Positions 49,258 through 56,350 of a stretch of 56,350 nucleotides of DNA are shown in pieces. The notes under the pieces are model-generated. The model was given only the letters and a program-made list of their open reading frames with translations. It did not search any database and was not told where the DNA came from. The stretch comes from Selaginella moellendorffii (lineage: Eukaryota; Plantae; Lycopodiophyta). The translations under genes were made by a program, and so were the position numbers. Positions within the stretch are counted from its first letter, which is position 1; every line of letters begins with the position of its first letter. The DNA lies in assembly GCF_000143415.4 (NCBI RefSeq), contig NW_003314456.1:1-56350 (forward strand), in the 5' to 3' direction.

Positions 49258-52200
49258 TTATTTACCTGATGGTTTGTCTTGTATGACCTTCCTCCGCTGC
49301 TCTTTGGCCACCTCAGGCTGGCTATCGTCGTCATCATCGTCGTCGTCGTTATTGTGATCGTCACCATTGTGAGGACCATCCAAGTCCTCTTCGTCCTCCT
49401 CTTCTTCGTCCTCCTCTTCTTTGTCCTCCTCTTCGTCCTTCTGCTCTTCCTGCTCATTATCTTTCTCTGGCTCCTCATCCCCCTCCTGCATTTCTTCCAT
49501 AGGCTGCTCAGGCTGGATTGCTTGTTCTTCCAGGACCATCTTGGGAAAATCATCTGGCCGAGTCTCCATCTCAAAATACAAGACATCCATAGCCTGTTTT
49601 AGTGCGTGACCTAGGACCGTATCCTCACCCGACTGTCTTAACATGGTTTCTGCACGTTCTTGCACCCTTCGAAGACGACGAGATGAGAAAAACGTGGCCC
49701 TGACTTGAAAAGCATCCCTCATCCATTGTACCTCTCCATTGAGATTGGGGAAGGGGAGAGTCCGCCATAGGAATCTGAGTCAGGAGGTGGTGACTGCCTG
49801 CTTTCACTCAGCCCTTGATCTGTAATGAATGGCATGAGCACACATGCCATAACTGCGAGGCATTACCTATCATCTTTTCGTTGCCCTTCTTCCTTTTCGA
49901 ATCAAACACCTCTGATCCCGACGACTGTCCAACGTGCTTTCGCTTTTAATGACCACTGTCAGTTTGAGCTTGGCTGGTGCTTGCCTGTTTTGCCTTTGAA
50001 GAAGTGTCTCCTGCAAGGAATGGCATGAGACCACACGCCATTGCAAATATAATTTGTACCTCCTTTTTTCCTATTGCTTGTCTGTTTGTCCTTCTTCGAC
50101 TCGCCACCAGTGCGCTTTTCAGTCCTCGTGTCTGAATATTCACAACGATCTATAATCAAAATGGCGTGAGGCCTCACTTGACCTTACCTTGTGCAGGTTG
50201 TGAGCTCGGCCCAACATGGGTATCTTCAACAGTAGCTGTTAACGCCGTTTTAGCATCTGGGGGTGGCCACGCTCCTGCATACAGAGCTTGTGAGATAACA
50301 TTTAAACTTAAAGTGTGTACTCACTAGGTTCGCAGAGAAGATACTGTTTTTCTTTGGCAACTGTAATTATATGCTCCATTGAAGTCACCTCTTCAATGGA
50401 GTTTGTCACCACAACACACGGGACACCCTTGAGTAGTGCGGCTCGAAAAAATAGTCCGCCGCAGTTGTACTCGACAACGCATTTGCCCTTGGAGTCGGAA
50501 GCAGGTGACCCACCTGCTATTGCGTTGAAGACCCAGCTGAGCATTTCCCATACTGCACCTGGAGCTTTCTTTGGATTCGAAAGCTCCATAGCCGTCTTCA
50601 GTTCCTCAGGCACGGGTAAATTGACCTCCCTCAAATCAATTCGATCAGCCTTGTCGAACGAAGCTGGGAAGTCACTCCAGTCCCACTCTGCTGCAGGACC
50701 AATAACAAGGGCGAGTGTGAAGATGTGGACATTCATCGGTATCTTCTTCTTAGCCATTATCCCATGGATCTCCCGCATCTCCTTGCCTTTCAACCGAGCC
50801 TTCACCTCATTTAAGGCCTTCCAGAACTTGTGATAGGATTCGGAGTCGTAGATCATATAGTGGACTGAAGATTCCACCTCCGCAAGTCCCACCATTAAGT
50901 CAATGATGGAGCTAACTTCATCTGCATGAGTGATCTCCTTGTTTGTGAAGTCCATCACACAAAAGATGTTCTTGACCTGCTCATCTCCGCGGGAAACGAT
51001 GCTCCTCCACCTTTTATCCTCATCTGAATTCAAGTATACCCGNNNNNNNNNNNNNNNNNNNNNNNNNNNNNNNNNNNNNNNNNNNNNNNNNNNNNNNNNN
51101 NNNNNNNNNNNNNNNNNNNNNNNNNNNNNNNNNNNNNNNNNNNNNNNNNNNNNNNNNNNNNNNNNNNNNNNNNNNNNNNNNNNNNNNNNNNNNNNNNNNN
51201 NNNNNNNNNNNNNNNNNNNNNNNNNNNNNNNNNNNNNNNNNNNNNNNNNNNNNNNNNNNNNNNNNNNNNNNNNNNNNGCCACTTGCTCGAAGATCCAATC
51301 CTTCAATAGCGCACGAGCTCTCAGAGTCGTGCACAAGTCCTCGTATGTCACAATATGGCCGGGAGTCATTTTGGTCTTGTTGAAGACTACCTCACCACGT
51401 AGAAGAGCATTAGCCACTGTCAGAAGGTCGTCGTCGTCTAGAGACCGCGAGAAACGCAAGGCGTTGAGCTTCAAATCATTGGGCTTCTGGCCGTCCTCCA
51501 CACCCATTGAGTTTAGTAACTCCCCGTCATGGTACCTCCTCAGCACATCTACCCATTTGTCAAAAACAACTTTTGTCGCGAGTAGAATGTTATGGATGCT
51601 GAGCACTCGAGAATTCCTGCAATGGAAATGGCGTGAGGCCACATGCTATGCCACATGCAACGAGGCTTACCTGCCAGGCGCTAGTTGCTAGTGCACGTCC
51701 TTGTCCTGGTTTTTGTGGCTTCTTCAGTTGAACCCAGAGCTTCCGTGTTCGTGCCAATGTCTCCTGCAGACCCGATTTGTAGCACGTTTCTTGCTTGACA
51801 TTCTGCGCGTGGGAGATGTATATGATAGATCGGAGGGGCGAGTTGCCTTTTATCAGGCGGACAACTCTTGTCTTGAAGACTTTCTTCACCTCCTCACCCA
51901 CCATAATATCCACAACTATCTCTTGCATCGCCAAGCTAGAATGCTGCCCGGAGACGGCATAGAACCGGATGTTCTGATCGTCCAACACCTTCCTATTGAT
52001 CAAGTCTGGAAACCTCGTCTCGCCCTTCATTGTTCGGTAATAGGGGATCACGTCTGCGATGTCGGGTGTTACTGGACTTGCCAGCATCTTTTGCTTAAGT
52101 TTCTCCACCCACTCATCAGATACTAGCCTGTGGTTGTATTTGCTTTGGATGTCGATACGGCTCACGTCGATTGTATATACTTTGTTGGAATAGTAACAAG

Positions 52201-52756
52201 TACTATTATCTGCGACGATTTTTGCTGCCTCTTCTTGCTCTTTCTGCTCTTTGCGGCTCTTCTTTTTGGTGGGTGTAGTGTTTGAACCCGAGGCAATGGC
52301 ATCACCAAGTAGCTTCTTTTTTGGAGGAGAGTCGGACGTCGGCTTGAGCTTGACCACCCTTTTCTGCTTCAGGGTAGTTTCCAGATCGACCCCCTTCCCC
52401 TTCGCTTCGCGAACTGGAGGCACTCTCAACGGCTCAATGTTCGAATATAGTTTTTGAACATCGCCGTAGGTGAGGTCCGTGGATTCCATGTGATCTTCAT
52501 AGACCCGCAGCGTCTTTGAAATTGTGGGCCTCCTGGACAACCTCTCCCTATCTCCCTCTAGGAATTCCTCATAGCCGCTGCCCTCCTCCGGGAAGCCGCT
52601 AGGATGTGCAAGGTGGATCTTGAAGGCGGACACTGACTCTACCACAAGTGCCAGTCCATATTCTTGCAAGGTAGATGAGCGCGAATGTGAGCGTGATCGC
52701 GAGTGGGAGCGCGATGCGAGCGCGAGTACGAAGCAAAATGCAAAACCTAACCTCAC
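49258..52756 (-). CDS. Multi-exon gene (possibly frameshifted): ParB-like domain, degenerate methyltransferase-like region, acidic C-terminus; probable transposon cargo
   Basis: ORFs 51590-52756, 50308-51642 and 49258-49722 have globular protein composition, with short GT-AG introns (e.g. 51617-51670). Motifs HRLVSDEWVEKLKQKM..FYAVSGQHSSLA and NPKKAP..VVEYNCGGLFFRAALLKGVPCVVV. Exact ends uncertain. Confidence 0.6.
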
Positions 52757-53633
52757 ACGCGCGAAATGTCACGACGGTTGGTAATCCCGCCACGTCATCA
52801 TTCCTCGGACTTGGGCGCCACCATTAATTTCTGGATTGCCACACGCATGCATGCACGTGAAATCCAAAAGAAATCCGCAACGTCATCATTCCTCGGACTA
52901 TATGCACGGGAAATCCAAAAGAAAGATCATGATTGGGATATCATTTAATACCCTCGCTATATTTATACCATGCATGATTGGATATTCCAAAGCATCTTGT
53001 ATTTCCAAATATGCCAGATGTTCAACTAAATAAATTGTCAGAGGATTTGATGTGACGTTCAAGCGTGTGGCCTCATGCAATTTTGATCCCAAAAAATGCA
53101 CCAAAAAATGCTCGGCGTCATCTGGCGTTATCTCTTGAATGGCATGGGGCCGCATGCCATTTTCAGGGGCACATAGGAGTATATTCCTAGAATATTCTGA
53201 CACGTGCAAGATATTTTTGAGTTTTCTGGAGATCCAACCGTTAGATCGCAACTAGATTTTACAGAATGGTATACAATGTCTTTCTTGATGACCCTGCAAA
53301 GAAGCATCTCGATCGGACACCACATGAGACCACACGAGCCTTACAATATTTCAGGGGCATTTGCCATAGATCCGACCGTTATTTTGCTCCAAGATTTTAC
53401 AGTTTGGTGTGCATTGACCTTTCCATCGACATTGCAAAGGGATATCACAATCAGATGCGGTATCACAAGAAACTAACTTCACTAACTCTGGTTTCACCAA
53501 GATCTACGTAAGGAGTTATGAAATGAAAGGACCCTCTCTATTGAAATGTGTTTATGGTCCTAGGGGCATTGTGACATATCAAAGGATTTTGCATCAAGTT
53601 CTATATTTGCATGTTTATCAAGCTACTGAATTG

Positions 53634-53659
53634 CTAAACCCTAAACCCTAAACCCTAAA
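53634..53659 (+). repeat. Short interstitial telomeric repeat (CCCTAAA)n
   Basis: CTAAACCCTAAACCCTAAACCCTAAAC. Confidence 0.85.
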
Positions 53660-54954
53660 CATGTGGCAAATGCTGCGTGAAGAAAGATGCCCTTTCTGGG
53701 CAAATGCTGTAAGAGGCAGATGCCGAGCAGATGTATCTCAGGCTAGCGAAGGGGACAAACGAAAGCTAGCTATAAACATGACGGGATGCAAATAGATTAC
53801 TAGGCTGGTCCTGCGAAAATCAAAAACCATAATTGAAAACATTGAAAATGCAAAAAGAAAGGTTTATAATATTTTTGAATTTTAAGCAACCAAACGAATG
53901 TAAGTAGGGCATGTGTTTGTAAGTTTAAAAATGCCTCAACCACTTAAATTCCCAAGTAAATAAAGCTGTTTCTATTTTTGGTACAGGTAAACTTTATAGC
54001 GTGTGGGCTCATACAATTTTGAACCCAAAAATGCACCAAAAAATGCTCGACTAGCATTATTCTTTGAATGGCGTGTGGCCTTATATTGCCATAAATGGAC
54101 GTACACACACAACATAATTATTCCTTTATATGGCGAATAATCTTGGCGCGGATCGCTGACACGACATGGCAAAGTTCGAATTACTGACATGGCACAGCTG
54201 GATCGAGGCAAGGACATGATGTGACAAAGTTCAACCTCCGACAGCAAAGTCTAGAAGCTACTCAGTTTGAAATTTGTTAGAGGAATCATAAGATCTGGTT
54301 TGTTAGAGGATTTGATGTGACGTTCAAGCGTGTGTTATTTTTGAATTCTCGAACTCATTCCTAGGTCTATCATTTTTGTGCGCCGTGTTCTTGGTTCCGC
54401 TGAGCGCAGTGAGTGCTGCTTGTGTAAGCGGCATTGTGAGCTGTGGTTTATGCGTCTACAAGCGGTTGCGGCATTGCGAGCGCCATTGCGAGCGGCAGTT
54501 TATGCGAGTGGCAGTTTGTGCGAGCGGCGCTACGAGCAGTTGCGGTGTTGCGAGCGGCGCTACGAGTAGTTGCGGTGTTGCAAGCGGCACTGTCTTTGGT
54601 GTGGCTACCGCTTCCTCTTGATATTCGGCACTTGTGCTTCCTGGTATGTTCACCATGGAATGGCTTAGAACCACATTTAGAAATGGCATGAGGCCACATG
54701 CCATCTTGGGCCCTTGCAATTTCATGGCTAGCATATTGTCATGTATGTTTTTACTTGCCTGTAGCTGTGTGTATATCAAGATGGCATGAGGGCTCATGCC
54801 AATTTTGTGAATGCGAAATTTCACGTGGGTGTCAATAGCATGTTTGAATAATGGCATGTGGCCTCATGCTATTGAGGTTGTTTGGTATGTTATGATTTAG
54901 GCCATTCTCCAATCATTTTTTGTATGGTCTTAACTTCTTTTCTGCACTTTCAGA

Positions 54955-56350
54955 ATGGCCTTCAGGGTTGGGGAAAAGGTTTACATTTTGAATGGTGGGA
55001 AGAGAGTTGCAAAAGGGACCCTTGTGTCTATGGATCAGAACTTTGTTATACACTATCAAAGGCTTGGGGAAGGCAATGCTGCTGTATCAGTAAAGACTGT
55101 CTTCGATGGGAATGTGGTCGCTATTGAACGAGGAGAGATGGTCGTCGGGGTAAATGTTGTTGTTGCCTTGAAAAATCTTTAGAAGAAAGCAGATGTTGGG
55201 GACAGCACAAGTGCGACGCATGTTCCCTCCANNNNNNNNNNNNNNNNNNNNNNNNNNNNNNNNNNNNNNNNNNNNNNNNNNNNNNNNNNNNNNNNNNNNN
55301 NNNNNNNNNNNNNNNNNNNNNNNNNNNNNNNNNNNNNNNNNNNNNNNNNNNNNNNNNNNNNNNNNNNNNNNNNNNNNNNNNNNNNNNNNNNNNNNNNNNN
55401 NNNNNNNNNAAACAGTCTGACTATTGAAAGCATTGTGCGGTGGAAATTGAGGCACTTAGTGTTTGAGAATGTGAAGGATTCACAATCAAACACCACTACA
55501 ATTGATGACAGAACATCTCTTCATGGGAAAAGAAAGTACACCTTCCTAAAGCGCAGCCAAAGGGATCTGAGCAACGAACCGAAAAGGCAGAAAATGGCGA
55601 TGGAGGTTCGAATGGTCTCGACAGTTGCTTGTTGCAAGAGGAGGTGCTGTCAACATGCTGATTGGGATGCTATTGAAGAGGAGAGAGCAAGATACAAGAC
55701 ATTGTCCTGGAAGGCAGCTCGCAATTTTGTGTATGAGGCATTACGGTCATCTGTTGATGCTTCAGAACATCAGGTGGGGGGCATGGTCTTCCAGAGGGGT
55801 TTGGTCTGCATGAAGGCATGGAGAATCATTTATGGAGTCCCTCGAAGCACATTCTACAGAATCAAAACTGAGTTCGAGGAACAAAGGGTTCAACAGGCAG
55901 TCCATGGGAACGACGGTACGCACAAAACCAGGGGTCATGTTGTATATGGAGAGGCAATCTTCAAGAGGTTTGTCGAGACATGTAGCGAGTAGCAACCACA
56001 TAAAACCCGCCTCTTGGAAGATGGAACACGAGACACCCAACGAGTTCTCCCTTCCATGTATACCAAGGGAGCCATATTGGAAGATGTGAATCGGGAACTC
56101 CAGAGTAATGGCTACAGGAAGCTGAGCCAATCTAGATTTAGTAGATTGTGGAGCAACAGGTTCAGGGATGTGAGTATAGGAAAGTACTCCAGCTTTTCAA
56201 AGTGTGACGAGTGCACTGCTATCAAAATGGCTTTGTCGAAGAATTCTTGCAGCGCTCAAGAGCGAGAGACGTTGGTTAGAAGGCGGCTTGACCACAACAT
56301 CGAGCAGAGCAGCTGCAGGACTGCATATTATCATAACAGGATCTCTCCGT
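54955..56350 (+). pseudogene. DNA transposase pseudogene (N-terminal Tnp1/En-Spm-like beta domain; Sola-like Cys/HTH and FSKCxxC..H..R..Y region), runs off the window
   Basis: Motifs VAKGTLVSMD..IHYQRLG..V.V, CCKRRCC, VCMKAWRIIYGVPRSTFYRIK and HGN. Reading through the TAG at 55990-55992 continues LPSMYTK..FSRLWSNRFRDVSIGKYSSFSKCDEC..H..RTAYY. A second in-frame TAG is at 55180-55182. Confidence 0.7.

Overview
Land-plant nuclear 45S rDNA locus. Short introns and gene style suggest a non-seed plant such as Selaginella; this is an inference, not checked. One rDNA unit lies on the minus strand: Pol I start motif TATAGTAGGG at ~20550, 5'ETS, 18S, ITS1, 5.8S, ITS2 and a 3'-truncated 26S, with subrepeated IGS on both sides. 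The IGS is colonised by two unrelated, young, non-coding Ty3/gypsy-type LTR retroelement families, here called A and B. A occurs as a solo LTR, a shared-LTR tandem array and an inverted nested copy. B is one complete element nested in the solo A LTR, plus one internal fragment. Main observation: every LTR of both families carries a 69-bp copy of the rDNA RNA polymerase I core promoter, with the same spacing as the native promoter and in the element's sense orientation. These look like Pol I-driven non-autonomous retrotransposons, a Pol I analogue of Cassandra. Family A also carries a conserved tRNA-like cloverleaf with two B-box/T-loop hairpins. The last ~7 kb appears to be a DNA transposon: a decayed transposase gene head-to-head with a ParB-like plus degenerate methyltransferase-like gene, with a dispersed 22-bp palindrome. 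Almost all ORFs called in 1-48.6 kb are artefacts of repeats or rRNA.
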